Assembly (NCBI GenBank): GCA_963785305.1
Contig: CAWAUV010000008.1
Span: 1,088,001 to 1,152,000, forward strand
Origin: an uncultured Planctomycetaceae bacterium
Lineage (GTDB): Bacteria; Planctomycetota; Planctomycetia; Pirellulales; PALSA-1355
Direction: 5' to 3'
Length of the DNA: 64,000 nt
Part shown: piece by piece, positions 13,963 through 25,502 of the stretch
Layout: every line of letters begins with the position of its first letter
Numbering within the stretch: position 1 is the stretch's first letter
Program-made: the position numbers and the translations under genes
The notes under the pieces: model-generated
Told to the model about the DNA's origin: nothing
The model's input: the letters and a program-made list of their open reading frames with translations, nothing else
The model's database searches: none

Positions 13963-14700
13963 ATGGCCATGAACGACAATCCGTATCAATCCTGGGGACA
14001 AAACGACGCGGCGTCGCTGGTTGCGGCCCATGCGCGGGGCGATGCCCGCGCCGCCTTCATTCGCCGCACCTACTTGCATCTAACCGGCGCGATCTTCGCA
14101 TTCGCCGCGCTCGAGGCCGTGTTGCTCAACACGCCGGGCATCGAAAATCTGGTGGCGCTGATGTTCGGCGGGCGGTGGAGTTGGTTCATCGTTCTCGCCG
14201 GCTTCATGGGCGTTTCGTGTCTCGCCACGAGTTGGGCCCGAAGCGGCGCCTCGCGAGCCATGCAATATGCCGGGCTCGGCTTGTATGTGGTTGCCGAGGC
14301 CGTGATTTTCGTGCCGCTGCTTTATCTTGCCCAGCGGCAGAGCCCGACGATTATTCCGTCGGCCGCCGTGCTCACGCTGGTGCTCTTTGGCGGCCTGACC
14401 GCGATCACATTCGTCACCCGGGCCGATTTCTCGTTCCTCGGCATGGGCCTGGGCATCGCCGGGTTCGTGGCGATTGGAGTTTGCGTTTGCAGCGCGTTGT
14501 TTGGGTTCAGTCTCGGCATCGTGTTCATCGGCTGCATGCTGGCGCTGGCCAGTGGTTACATCCTCTACGAAACCTCGGGGATCATGCGGCAATACCGCAC
14601 GGATCAAGACGTGGCCGCGGCCCTGGCCCTGTTCGCCTCGGTGGCGCTCTTGTTCTGGTATTTCGTGCGGCTGCTTTCGGTATTGAATTCGCGCGACTAA
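13963..14700 (+). CDS. Bax inhibitor-1/YccA family membrane protein
   Basis: FIRRTYLHL N-terminal motif, about 7 hydrophobic helices, YILYETSGI...AALALFASVALLFWY C-terminus. Confidence 0.9.
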   Translation: MAMNDNPYQSWGQNDAASLVAAHARGDARAAFIRRTYLHLTGAIFAFAALEAVLLNTPGIENLVALMFGGRWSWFIVLAGFMGVSCLATSWARSGASRAMQYAGLGLYVVAEAVIFVPLLYLAQRQSPTIIPSAAVLTLVLFGGLTAITFVTRADFSFLGMGLGIAGFVAIGVCVCSALFGFSLGIVFIGCMLALASGYILYETSGIMRQYRTDQDVAAALALFASVALLFWYFVRLLSVLNSRD

Positions 14701-14887
14701 GGAACGGAAAATCGCTTCCGGATTCGCCGCTCCTCGCCGCGGCCACGAGCCGGAAGCGCCCGCGAACGCCCCCGCGAAGCGGAGACCTTTCGCTTGCGAT
14801 CGGGCTTATGGTTTTTTTGACGGATAAATCGGCCGTTCGGAGCGGCGCGGCTTGCGAGCGCGTCGCGGCGGGGATCGTGGAATCGCA

Positions 14888-15583
14888 ATGACGGAGTCGC
14901 TCGATCTGCTGTTTTCCGCGGAAGACTTTTCAGGCACGGCGCGCCTGTTTCCGCTGCCCGGCACGGTGCTATTCCCGCATGTAATGCAGCCGCTGCATAT
15001 TTTCGAGCCGCGCTACTGCGAAATGCTGCGAGACGCGCTCGCCGGTGATCGTCTGATCGCCATTGCCGGCCTGGAGCCCGGCTGGGAGCCCCACTACGAA
15101 GGCCGGCCGCCGGTCTATCCGATCGCCTGCTTGGCGAAAATCACCTCGCATCAGGCCCAACCCGACGACCGCCACAATGTGCTGCTGCTCGGCGTGCGGC
15201 GAGTGCGAATCGTGCGCGAGCTGCCGCCGGCGCGTTCATTTCGCGAGGCCGAAGTCGCGCTTGTCGACGATGAATATCCACCCACCGGCGCCGCCACCCG
15301 CGCGGCGCGACAACAATCGCTCGTCACGATTTTTCATCGCTTGACGCCAAATCTCGAAATGCCCGAGCCGCTCGAAAAATTGCTGGCCACCGACTTGCCC
15401 TTGGGCGCCCTGGCCGATCTGATGAGCTACGCGCTCGACCTGAGCCCGGCCTTCAAGCAGCAGCTTCTGGCGGAGGAAAACGTCGATCGTCGAGCCGCGC
15501 TGCTCATTGATTACTTCGAAAAAAACCCCGGAAGGGCCGTCGGCGATTCCTCGAATTTCCCGCCGAAATTCAGCGCCAATTAG
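14888..15583 (+). CDS. LON peptidase N-terminal substrate-binding domain protein
   Basis: RLFPLPGTVLFPHVMQPLHIFEPRY and KQQLLAEENVDRRA motifs; ATG 14888. Confidence 0.9.
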   Translation: MTESLDLLFSAEDFSGTARLFPLPGTVLFPHVMQPLHIFEPRYCEMLRDALAGDRLIAIAGLEPGWEPHYEGRPPVYPIACLAKITSHQAQPDDRHNVLLLGVRRVRIVRELPPARSFREAEVALVDDEYPPTGAATRAARQQSLVTIFHRLTPNLEMPEPLEKLLATDLPLGALADLMSYALDLSPAFKQQLLAEENVDRRAALLIDYFEKNPGRAVGDSSNFPPKFSAN

Positions 15584-15646
15584 TGATTCGCCGCCAGCCG
15601 TTTTGTTTCTCGCTCCTTTCCCTTTTTGGCGCTCGAGATATTTCCG

Positions 15647-16318
15647 ATGACCGAGACCGAACCTTCGTCGGGCGATCGCGAGCCCGGCAGTATCGATGGC
15701 GAGCGGGAGCCGGCCCGCGGCGGCGCGCTTGACCCCAGCCACGGGCCGCGCATCGACGGGCCGCGCATCGAGCGCGCCGTGCGCGAGATTCTGGCCGCCG
15801 TGGGCGAAGACCCCGATCGCGAGGGCCTGCGAGAAACTCCGGCCCGCGTCGCGCGCATGTATGCCGAGCTCTTCAGTGGGCTGCATGAAGACCCTCGGCT
15901 GCATCTCCGAAAATTCTTCACCGAGGACTACGACGAGGTCGTGCTCGTGCGCGATATCAGTTTCAACAGCATGTGCGAACATCACATGCTCCCGTTCATG
16001 GGCCGGGCCCACATCGGCTATGTGCCGGGCGGGCGCGTGTTGGGGCTCAGCAAGCTGGCTCGCGTGGTCGAAGTGGTGGCTCGCCGCCCCCAAGTGCAAG
16101 AGCGAATGACCGAGACGATCGCCAACTTGCTCATGGACGAGCTCGCGGCCAAGGGCGTGGCGGTGGTAATCGAAGCGACCCACACCTGCATGACGATTCG
16201 CGGAGTTCGCAAGCCGGGCAGTTTGTGCGTAACATCGGCAATGAAAGGATTATTTCGATCGAACCTGTCGAGCCGCTCCGAGATCATGAACCTGATCTAC
16301 GGCGGCGGCCGTCCGTAG
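15647..16318 (+). CDS. folE: GTP cyclohydrolase I
   Basis: [49 protein letters not shown]. Confidence 0.97.
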   Translation: MTETEPSSGDREPGSIDGEREPARGGALDPSHGPRIDGPRIERAVREILAAVGEDPDREGLRETPARVARMYAELFSGLHEDPRLHLRKFFTEDYDEVVLVRDISFNSMCEHHMLPFMGRAHIGYVPGGRVLGLSKLARVVEVVARRPQVQERMTETIANLLMDELAAKGVAVVIEATHTCMTIRGVRKPGSLCVTSAMKGLFRSNLSSRSEIMNLIYGGGRP

Positions 16319-16346
16319 CAGCCTGTCGAAAAATGCCGTCGTGGCG
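16319..16346. repeat. Half-copy of the CAGCCTGTTGAAAA-type dispersed palindromic repeat
   Basis: CAGCCTGTCGAAAAATGCCG immediately after the folE stop; related to 18672, 46798 and 63107. Confidence 0.5.
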
Positions 16347-16815
16347 CCCACTTCCGGACTCGGAGCGGATGAGATCGGAGCAAAACCCGGTGGGCCATAT
16401 CCGTTGGGGGGGGGCTTCTCCGCGGGCAATAATTTGCCTCCTCCAGCACGATTCGATTGCCAATCGCTGCTCGCGGGACCATGGAATTGCGAGATCTCGA
16501 TAATGGGTCGCCGCGAGGCCGCAATTCGTTTCCGGCGATCCAGGCGGCGGCTTGCGTTTCGAGGTCCCCACGGAGTAAGCTAGAAGGTGGGTCGATGGCG
16601 GCGTCGGAGGCCGTCGATGCCCTTTATTCGACCCGAGCGGCCGCGCCTCGCGCCGGGAAATTTCGCGGCCGCGCCGTGCCCAGTCGTTTCAGATCGCTTG
16701 AGAGGCGCCGCTCGCCCGAGATGTTGGCGCGAGGCGTAGCGTCGGTTCTTTTCGCCACACTTCGCGTCGATCCATTCTTCCGACCCCAAGAACTCCCGCT
16801 GAAGGGACAGGTTTC

Positions 16816-18637
16816 GTGAGCGCGGCCGATAATGCGGGAATGGGCCCTCGCCCCCTGCGGCCCATGGCGATGCCTCAACCGCTCGCGCTCGGCGCGCAGT
16901 CGGTGGCGGCGCGCCCCGTGCCGGTTCCAGCGCGCCCCGTGCCGGTTCCGGCGCGCCCCGTGCCGGTTCCGGCGCAGCCATCGCTCGCGCCTGCCCAAGC
17001 CGGCGCCGCGGGAGCGCGACCGTTGCTCGCGCCCAACCCGCAAGGCTTGGCCGAAGAAGAACTGCTCGAAGAACTCGACAAGATCGAGCAGTTTAAGGAA
17101 TGGTTTTGGGAAAAAGGCTGTTGGTACACGCTCAGCGGGCTCGGCCACGCGATTGTCGTTATCGGGCTGGCCCTCATTCCGCTCGCCATCAATTCCCAGC
17201 CACCCAAGCCGCAGTTCGAAGCGGTCGACAACCAACTCGCCGACCTCGATGCTTTCAAGATCGGTGATACGCCGATCGAACCGACCGAGCTCAATACCGA
17301 AACACTCCAGCTCGACCTGCCGACGCTCGAAGAAAAACATTTCGACGATTCCGAAGTGTTCGTCGACCAAGGCGGCGGCATGGCGGCCGATGGCCCGATG
17401 CTGGGCGGCCTGGGCGGACCCGACCTGAAAAGCATGGCCGATGGAGTGCGCGTTTCCGCGCTCGGCGGCTTGGGCGGGAGCAACGAACACGGAAATCACG
17501 CCGGGGTGGGCGGCGCCGGCGAAGGCTTTGCCGGCCGCGGCGAAGGCCACCGCGAAGCCATGCTCGGCGCCTATGGCGGCACGCGCAGCTCGGAGCGGGC
17601 CGTGGCCGGCGCCCTGAACTGGCTCGCCCGCCATCAAACCGCCTCGGGCGCCTGGAGCCTAGGCGAATTTTCCGACCGCTGCAAAGGCACGAAGTGCGAT
17701 GGCCGCGGCTATGTCAATTCCGACGCCGCCGCCACGGCGACTCGGAATTCTGCCATTCATGGCCGCCGGTCAGACCCAAGCTTCCGACGGCCCGTACAAA
17801 GCCCACATCGGCCGCGCCATTTCCTGGATGCTCAAAAACCAACAGGCCGATGGCAGCCTGGCAGCCGGCGCCGAGCAAGTCATGTACAGCCACGGGCTGG
17901 TGACGATCGCGCTATGCGAAAACTACGGGCTCACCAAGGACCCCAAGGTGGGCGCGGCGGCCCAATCGGCGATCAAGTTCGTGCAACTCGCGCAGAATCG
18001 CACCACCGGCGGCTGGCGTTATCGCCCCGGCGACGACGGCGACACCTCCGTCGTGGGCTGGCAAGTCATGGGGCTCAAAAGCGCGGTCATGGCCGGCTTG
18101 GCGGTCGATCCCGAGTGCTTCACCTTGGCCAAGAAGTTTCTCGGCACGGTGAAGAAGTCGGCCCGCGGTGGATTGTTCGCTTACATTCCGTTTCAAGACG
18201 CGACGCCCTCGATGTCGGCGGTCGGGCTTTTGTGCGACCAATATCTCGGGGCTCGCAAAGACGATTCTTCGATGCTCGAAGGCAAGGCCTATCTGCTCGC
18301 GAATCCTCCGACCGGCGGCCTCCGCGATATCTATTACTGGTACTATGCCACGCAGGTGCTCCACAATCTGCTTGGTCCGGAGTGGGACCGCTGGAACCGT
18401 CAGATGCGCCGCACCCTGATCGAGACCCAGGTGAAGGAAGGCTGCGCGGCCGGCAGTTGGGACCCGAATGTGCCGGAGCCCGACGCGCGAGGCGCCTATG
18501 GCGGCCGGATTATGATGACGAGCCTCTCGGCGTTGACGCTCGAAGTGTACTACCGCTATCTGCCGCTCTACAGCATCGACTCGGAAAAGCCAGGCAAGGG
18601 CCCCCCCGAAGCCAAGCCGGCCCAGTTCGGCAAGTGA
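16816..18637 (+). CDS. Prenyltransferase/squalene-oxidase repeat protein with N-terminal membrane anchor (1-nt frameshift near 17740)
   Basis: ERAVAGALNWLARHQTASGAWS in frame 1 continues as LGILPFMAAG...MYSHGLVTIALCE...GGWRY...YYWYYATQ...LTLEVYYRYLP in ORF 17699..18637 once the extra A at ~17740 is removed. Confidence 0.85.
16909..16971 (+). repeat. Coding tandem repeat, 3 x 21 bp (ARPVPVP)
   Basis: GCGCGCCCCGTGCCGGTTCCR three times. Confidence 0.9.
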
Positions 18638-18671
18638 TGGCCGGCGTCGTCACCGCGTGCATGCGGGGGCA

Positions 18672-18698
18672 CGGCCTGTTGAAAATTTCGACAGGCTG
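18672..18698. repeat. Dispersed palindromic repeat (CAGCCTGTTGAAA..TTTCAACAGGCTG family)
   Basis: CGGCCTGTTGAAA-A-TTTCGACAGGCTG, 13-bp arms with 2 mismatches. Confidence 0.6.
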
Positions 18699-18749
18699 CT
18701 CTTGCTCGTTCACGGCTGAAATGATGGATAATTCGGTTTGCGCGTGTGC

Positions 18750-18825
18750 CATGCCCACTGCCTTGAGTGGGCATGTTTTCAAGCGCCCCGCGAAGTCCTC
18801 ATGCCCACGCAGGGCCGTGGGCATG
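18750..18825. repeat. Inverted pair of REP-like hairpins (BIME-like) between convergent genes
   Basis: CATGCCCAC-N8-GTGGGCATG at 18750-18775 and 18800-18825; the second is an inverted near-copy of the first. Confidence 0.75.
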
Positions 18826-18870
18826 ACACGCGGAACGAATCCAATCCATCATTGCAACTGTGACAAAGCA

Positions 18871-20241
18871 CTAGGCGACAATATCCTTCGCCACTTCGCC
18901 GGCCAGGTCCGTGAGGCGGATTTCTCGGCCGCTGTAGGGATAGGTGAGTCGGGTGTGGTCGAGGCCCAAGAGGTGCAACATCGTGGCGTGCAGGTCGTTG
19001 ATGTGCATTTTCTTTTCCACGGCGGCGATTCCGTGTTCGTCCGTCGCGCCGTGGCGATAGCCGCCGCGCACTCCGCCGCCAGCCATCCACATCGAATAGC
19101 CTTTGTTGTTGTGGTCGCGGCCGTCGCTGTTTTGCGCGGCGGGGGTGCGTCCGAATTCGCCGCCCCATACCACCAGCGTGTCGCGGAGCATGCCCCGCTG
19201 TTTTAGATCGGCCAAGAGCGCGGCGATCGGTTGGTCGATCGCATGGGCATTCGTCGTCAACTGGGTCTTGAGATTGTTGTGCTGATCCCAGCCGCCCATG
19301 CCGAGCTCGATAAACCGCACGCCCCGCTCGGCGAACCGCCGCGCGAGCAGGCATTGCCGGCCGAAGCGGTCGGTTCCCTTCGAGTCGATGCCGTAGGCCT
19401 CGAGCGTGGCCGGCGACTCGGAAGCGAGGTTCATGATTTCGGGCACGGCGCCTTCCATGCGAAACGCGAGTTCATACGACTCGATCACGCCCTCGAGCCC
19501 CGGGTTGACTTTGTCCTTGGCGAGCCGCTCGTGGTTCAGTTCGGCCAATAGGTCAAGCTGCTTGCGTTGCAGATGCGCCGAGAGCTTGGGGTTGCCGATA
19601 TCGGCCATGCGGCTTTTTCCGCCGCCGGTGTCGATTTTGGTGGCTTGAAACGAGGCGGGCAGAAAAGAACTGCCGTAGGTGTCGGCGCCACCGGCCGGAT
19701 TGATGGTGATGAAGCCGGGCAGTTCCGTGTTTTCGGTTCCCAGGCCATACACGGTCCAGGCGCCCATCGAAGGCCGAGGAAAGCGGAAGTTGCCGGTATG
19801 TAGTTGCACCGCGGCTTGCGGATGCACGGCGGCGTCGGTGTGCATGCTGTTGAGCAGGCAGAGGTCGTCGGCGTGTCGGGCCAAGTGGGGAAAAATCTCG
19901 GGCAACCACAAACCGCTCTGGCCGGCGCGGCTGAATTTGAAGGGCGACTTCAGCAGCTTGCGGCCTTTGCCGGCGGCGTCGACTGTTTTGCCATCGTCGG
20001 CTTGCAGCTTCGGTTTGTAGTCGAAGGTGTCGACATGCGATGGGGCGCCCTGCATGTAGAGAAAAATCACCCGCTTGGCTCGCGGGGTAAAATGCGGCGC
20101 CTTGGCGGCGAGCGGGTTCGCGGCCGCCTCGGCCACGGCGCGCGAACACAAATCGGCCAGCGCCAAAAATCCGAATCCGCAAGCGGCTCGCCGGAGCAAC
20201 TCGCGGCGCGAAGGAAAGCCGAGCTCGAAATGGTCGAACAT
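18871..20241 (-). CDS. DUF1501 domain protein (Tat-like signal)
   Basis: SRRELLRRAACGFG, AKRVIFLYMQGAPSHVDTFDYKP, QCLLARRFAERGVRF, WGGEFGRTP, GRDHN. Confidence 0.95.
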   Translation of the reverse strand: MFDHFELGFPSRRELLRRAACGFGFLALADLCSRAVAEAAANPLAAKAPHFTPRAKRVIFLYMQGAPSHVDTFDYKPKLQADDGKTVDAAGKGRKLLKSPFKFSRAGQSGLWLPEIFPHLARHADDLCLLNSMHTDAAVHPQAAVQLHTGNFRFPRPSMGAWTVYGLGTENTELPGFITINPAGGADTYGSSFLPASFQATKIDTGGGKSRMADIGNPKLSAHLQRKQLDLLAELNHERLAKDKVNPGLEGVIESYELAFRMEGAVPEIMNLASESPATLEAYGIDSKGTDRFGRQCLLARRFAERGVRFIELGMGGWDQHNNLKTQLTTNAHAIDQPIAALLADLKQRGMLRDTLVVWGGEFGRTPAAQNSDGRDHNNKGYSMWMAGGGVRGGYRHGATDEHGIAAVEKKMHINDLHATMLHLLGLDHTRLTYPYSGREIRLTDLAGEVAKDIVA

Positions 20242-20327
20242 GGGTTCGCCTCCGATCTAATAGTCAGCTCGCAAAAAATTTCGGCGCGTGGTTTCCAAGG
20301 CAACCGGCTCGCCCCCATCGCCACGAC

Positions 20328-22845
20328 TCAATACACGTAGCGAAATTCGCCGGTCGCGAAGAGCGTTTGACAAAAACTGGTCCAGGCCGGCAACTGCGGC
20401 GATTTATGATCCACCTCCGCGAGTCCCCGCCGGTAGTCTTCGAGAAACCGGGTAACGCGGGCCAGTTCGCTGGCGCTCGGCGGGCGACCGAGCGCCAGCC
20501 GATAGGCAAGCGCGATCCGCGCCGGCGCCGCGAGCCCCTCTTGATTCAATACCCGACGGGCCATCGCTTCGGCCTGCCGCTCCACGAACGGATTGTTCAT
20601 CATATACAGCGCTTGCGTGGGAACCGTCGTCACATCGCGACGCCCCACGATCAAGCTCGGGTCGGCCAGATCAAATACGGCCAATGTCTCGGGCTCGGCC
20701 CCGCGCAGCACCGGCAGATAAACGCCCCGCGCATTATTGGTCGTGGGCAATTGCTTCGCCCTGCCTGGCCGATTCGATAGTTCCAGAATCGGCGAACCTT
20801 CGGGCCGCTTGAGATCGAGTTGTCCGCTGGCGGCGAGCATTGCGTCGCGAATCGCCTCGGCTTCGAGTCGTCGCGGCGGCATGCGCCACAGCCATTTGTC
20901 CGCGGGATCGAGCGCGGCGGCTTCTTCGCTATGCGTGCTGGCGAGCTGATAGGTGCGCGAGAGCACCATCGCGCGGATTAGTTTCTTGACGGACCAGTTG
21001 TCCGCCATGAACCGCACCGCCAGCGTGTCGAGCAGTTCCGGATGGCTCGGCTCATTGCCCATCGCGCCGAAATTATCCACGGTGTCGACGAGCCCCTGGC
21101 CAAACAGATGTTCCCACACGCGATTGACCATGACCCGCGCCGTGAGCGGGTTGTCGCGGCTGGCGATCCACCGCGCGAGCTCGAGCCGACCGCTATGCCC
21201 CGGGGGAATCGGCGCCGAGTGCGCGGTCTGGAGCACGCTTAGCATTCCGCGCGGAACCGGGTCGCCGGGCGTGTCGAGATTGCCGCGGACGAGCAGCTTG
21301 CAATCGCTGGGCGACTCGAAATCGATCACGCCCATCGCCAGCGAATGTGACACGTTCGGCACGCTTTCGAGTTCATCGAGCCGATTGTTCAGCTCCTTGA
21401 TTTCCTCGCGATTCGCCTTGCGATCCATTGGTCCGGTGGCGAACGGATTGGCGACCATGCCCTTGGGATTCTTGCCTTTCTTGGCCGCTTGGCGCGGCGC
21501 TTTACGCAACTCCTTGATTTGCGCTTCTAGCTTCGCGATCTCGGCCCGTCGCGTGGCTTCGGCCTTCACCTCTTCGGCCGATGGCTTTTCGGCGGGGGGC
21601 GTCGCCAGGGTAAGCAATCGGTCGTCGACCGCCGTCTTGCGGCCCGGGCCCACGCCGGAATAGGTGCTGGTGCTCTTGAAGATGCCGGCCAGCGCGTAGT
21701 AGTCGGTCGTGGGGATCGGGTCGAACTTGTGGTCGTGGCAGCGGGCACATGCGACGGTCATGCCCAAGAACGCGCGGCTCGTGACATCGATCTGATCATC
21801 GACCTGATCCATGCGAAATTGCTCGGGCTTTACATTCACGCCCTTGGGACCGATCGCCAAAAATCCAGTGGCGATTTCGAGCGTGTCGCGGCTCGCCGCG
21901 TCCTTGGCCGGAAGCAGATCGCCGGCCAACTGTTCGACGATAAACCGGTCGAACGGCTTGCCTTGATTGAAAGCGTCGATCACATAGTTGCGATACCGCC
22001 AAGCATAGCGATACGGAAGATTGCGATCCTTGCCGGCCGATTCGCCAAACCGCGCCACATCGAGCCAATGGCGCCCCCAGCGCTCGCCAAAGTGCGGCGA
22101 GGCCAGCAGCCGATTCACGAGCGATTCATAAGCGCCGGAAGAAGGGTCGCCGACAAACGCATCGACTTCCTCGGGCGAGGGCGGCAACCCGATGAGATCG
22201 AAGCTCAGGCGGCGGATGAGCGTGGCCCGATCGGCGTCGGCCACCGGCTTGAGCCCGGCCACATCGCGCTTTTCCGCGACGAAGCGATCGACCTCCCCGC
22301 GCGGCCACGATTCGTCGGCCACTTGCGGCGGGCGATGGGCCACGGGCAAGCGAAAGGCCCAATAGTTCTTCGCGTCGGCGAGCGCGACTTTGTTCTTCGG
22401 TTGAGCGCTCGAGCCGGAGCGAGGATCGGGCGCGCCGAACTCGACCCAGGTCACGAGATCGGCAATCGTTTCGTCGGGCAGCATTTCGCCCGGCGGCATT
22501 TCGAGGCCCTCGTGGCGCACGGCTTCGATGAGCAGGCTCGTGGCGGCGTGGCCCGGCGCCACTGCGGGTCCGGAGTCGCCGCCTTTGCGAATGCCATCGT
22601 GCGTGTCGAGCACCAGGTGGCCCTTGGCTTTGGCCGGGTCGCCCGAATGGCAGCGGTAGCAGTGATGCACGAGGACCGGCCGCACCTTGCTTTCGAAAAA
22701 AGCGGCGCCCTTGCGCGGCGCGAGCATCGCCCGTGGCCGCGCGGGCCGGAGCGGCGCTCGCGCCCAGCGCCACGAGCGCCAGCAAGACGCTCGCCCGCGC
22801 AACGCGCGCGGCGGATCGAATCCCGTGAAGTTTTCTTGGGAGCAT
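20328..22845 (-). CDS. PSD1 / planctomycete cytochrome c domain protein (DUF1549+DUF1553); N-terminal frameshift near 22710
   Basis: Signal peptide MLPRKLHG...LLALVALGASAAPARA in one frame joins FFESKVRPVLVHHCYRCH. Also GERWGRHWLDVARFGES, CARCHDHKFDP, NPLTARVMVNRVW. Typical partner of DUF1501. Confidence 0.9.
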
Positions 22846-23296
22846 GCGTGAACCGATTTGGGATCGCGGAAACGTGGGGGCGCGAGTCGCGGCGCCATGT
22901 CGACTATCGTTTATGTCGATTATCGACCGGAAGCGCGTTCGCGACCAAGACAATGGCTCGACGGAATAGTCTACTATTCGCGGCGCCACTCTCCGACGCC
23001 GGCGGCCGGAGCGTGGCTGGCGGGAGCTGGCGAAAGCGCCCGCGCCACCCCCATGAAACCCCGCGACCGGCAAAACGTGTCGCCCTCGCGTCCGGTTTTG
23101 CCAATCCTGCGAAAAAGAAAAACCGGCAACTCTTGTCGCGCAAAGACTTTGGGCTAGCTCTCGCTCGCCGGAAAAAAATTGTGCCGGCGCCAGGCGCCCT
23201 AGGCCGCGTCGCGAGCGTCGCGTTGTTTGACCGCGCCGGTCATGCCGATTATATTCGCTTGACGCCGCCAGCGAGGCGCGTTCCCTCCTGGGGGGC

Positions 23297-24057
23297 ATGA
23301 ACAGGCCCCGAAAACCCTCCCGCCCCCATAGCGGCGCCCCGATGCGAACCGGCCGCGAACTTCGAGCCTTACGAGCAAGCTGCCCCCCGACCGGTCGTCG
23401 GGCCGTGGCCGCAGTGTCGATCGCCGGTTTGCTTGTGGCCGTGGTGGGCGTGCCGATGCCGGCGCCGGTGATCAAGCAGGTCGATCGCCCATTTCCGTGC
23501 ATGAGCCATGCCTGCGGCTGCCGCGACGCGGAGCATTGTTGGCGCGACTGCTGTTGCTTTACCAACGCCCAGAAATTGGCCTGGGCTCGGGAACACGACA
23601 TCGCGCCGCCCGCGTTTCTGCTGGCGGAAACCGACCACGCGCACGCCGACGAAGAACACGCCGACCACGAAGATGCGCATCACTGCGACCACGACGATCT
23701 CGCGAGCAACCGCGGCGCATGAAATTGTCGCGTCTGAAATCGTCTGGCCCGAAAAGCTTGCGCCGAAAAGGCCGCTCGCTCGGGCTGCTGCGAAACCAAA
23801 CATCGCGCGGCGGCTCGGCCCCGCGGTTCGCTTGCTCGCGAGCAAGCGACATCTTCGGGCGCCTCGCGGATTTTGGCCTCCGTGTATCGGCATTGCCATG
23901 GCTTGCCGCCGCTCTGGAGCGTGCTGGGCGCGGCCACGAGGCGCCGCCCGCGGTGCGCTATCATTTCAACTGGCTGGTGATCGACTGGTTGTCGAACCGA
24001 TCGGTCACGGCTCTCTCTTGCGCGGCCTCGCCGCCGACTCGGCCGCCGCTGGGCTAA
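23297..24057 (+). CDS. Cys/His-rich planctomycete protein ending in a PPTRPP motif (several apparent frameshifts)
   Basis: Hydrophobic N-terminus, FPCMSHACGCRDAEHCWRDCCCFT, His/acidic tract, later SGCCETKH and RHCHGLPPLW, final frame ends ...SCAASPPTRPPLG*. Joining needs 2-3 corrections. Confidence 0.55.
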
Positions 24058-24362
24058 ACGCGCCAAAGCGCGTCGTCGCGCGAGCGCCGCTTGCGAAACA
24101 GTCGACCGGTCCCGACCGGCGCGACTCGTTTGCCGATGGCTTCTCGCGCCGCCGACGCGCCGTTTCCCGGTGTTTCTTCCCGCCGCCGCGCCGCGAATTC
24201 GTGCGATTGTCTTGTCGCTGCTTGCCCAGGCATCGACCGGAACTAGGCCCGATTCGCCTTGCGCCGCGGCGCTTCAATGATGCGACTTCGCGCCGTTGAA
24301 CGATCGCGCGAAACGGAATGTCGCGCCTGGCGCCTTTTCCCATGCGAGGGGATTCTTCGGAC

Positions 24363-25271
24363 ATGCGACGAAATCATGGTTTTACGCTCGTCGAGTTGCT
24401 GGTCGTGATCGCGATCATCGGCGTGCTGGTCGCGCTGCTGCTGCCCGCTGTGCAAGCGGCGCGTGAAGCGGCGCGGCGAACCCAGTGCGAAAGCAATATG
24501 AAGCAGCTTGGCTTGGCGATCGCGAACTTCGCCGACGCCAATGGCGGCAACCTGCCGCCCACGAATTTCTATCGGCTCATGGGCGGCTTTCCCGTCGAGG
24601 GTAGCGGCTTCTACGCGATGATGCCGTTTTACGAAGAGCAGAACCTTTTCGAGATCTATACCCAGAATCGGCCCGACGGCGGTTACCTGGGCATTCAATA
24701 TGTTCCGCTCGCGGTGCAAACCTGTTCGTCCGATCCGACCCAATCCAATGGTCTGGCGATCATCGACGGCAAAACCGCCACCGGCAACTATTCGCTCAAC
24801 ACCGTGGTGTTCGGCGCCGGCGGCTCGTTCAATGTCGAGGGACAATCGTCGCCCTTCAAATACGGACGCATTCCCGACGGAACCAGCAAAACCATCGCGC
24901 TCACCGAATGCGGCGGTTCGTTCCCCTCGTTTCCCAATATCGACCCGCAATCGGGCACCAACGAAAGCATCATGAGCTGGCCGTATCCCTGCTATCCCAA
25001 CACGCTCGGCTGCTACTGGCCCACGCCCGACGAACTGCCGGGCCAACCGAATTTCATTCCCTATTCGTCGACCGCGGGCTACCCGCTGCCGCAAATCGGC
25101 ACGACGGCGATGCTCTCGAACCCGAACTATTGCCAGAGCTTTCATCCGGGAGCGATGAACTTGGCGATGATGGACGGCAGCGTGCGCGCGATCGGCGATG
25201 ACATCAGCCAGTTGAACTGGAACTACGCGCTCGATCCGAGCGACTCCCAACTGCTCGACGGCAACTGGTGA
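24363..25271 (+). CDS. DUF1559 / prepilin-type N-terminal cleavage protein with H-X9-DG C-terminal motif
   Basis: [65 protein letters not shown]. Confidence 0.95.
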   Translation: MRRNHGFTLVELLVVIAIIGVLVALLLPAVQAAREAARRTQCESNMKQLGLAIANFADANGGNLPPTNFYRLMGGFPVEGSGFYAMMPFYEEQNLFEIYTQNRPDGGYLGIQYVPLAVQTCSSDPTQSNGLAIIDGKTATGNYSLNTVVFGAGGSFNVEGQSSPFKYGRIPDGTSKTIALTECGGSFPSFPNIDPQSGTNESIMSWPYPCYPNTLGCYWPTPDELPGQPNFIPYSSTAGYPLPQIGTTAMLSNPNYCQSFHPGAMNLAMMDGSVRAIGDDISQLNWNYALDPSDSQLLDGNW

Positions 25272-25502
25272 TTCGCACCCTGGGAGAGCAACTACGTCAA
25301 GCGAAATTTCCTTGCGTTTTGCCGCGGCGCAATGCTCATGATCGGCGCCTTGTGAGAAAATCGCGAGCTTGGTTGACCCTCGCGCGCTCTTGACGCACAA
25401 TAGCCTGCTTTGTCTGGCCAAGCGGAATCCGCCCGGAAAAACGGAGCGAAACCGTTTCCACCGCAAATTCAAAGGCACACCGAAAGGCACAACGAAACCT
25501 TG

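Noticed and set aside
23720..23737. Two in-frame TGA codons in the Cys-rich ORF read as selenocysteine
   Set aside because: The adjacent frame reads naturally here (AAHEIVASEIV), consistent with two compensating indels; no convincing SECIS hairpin seen.
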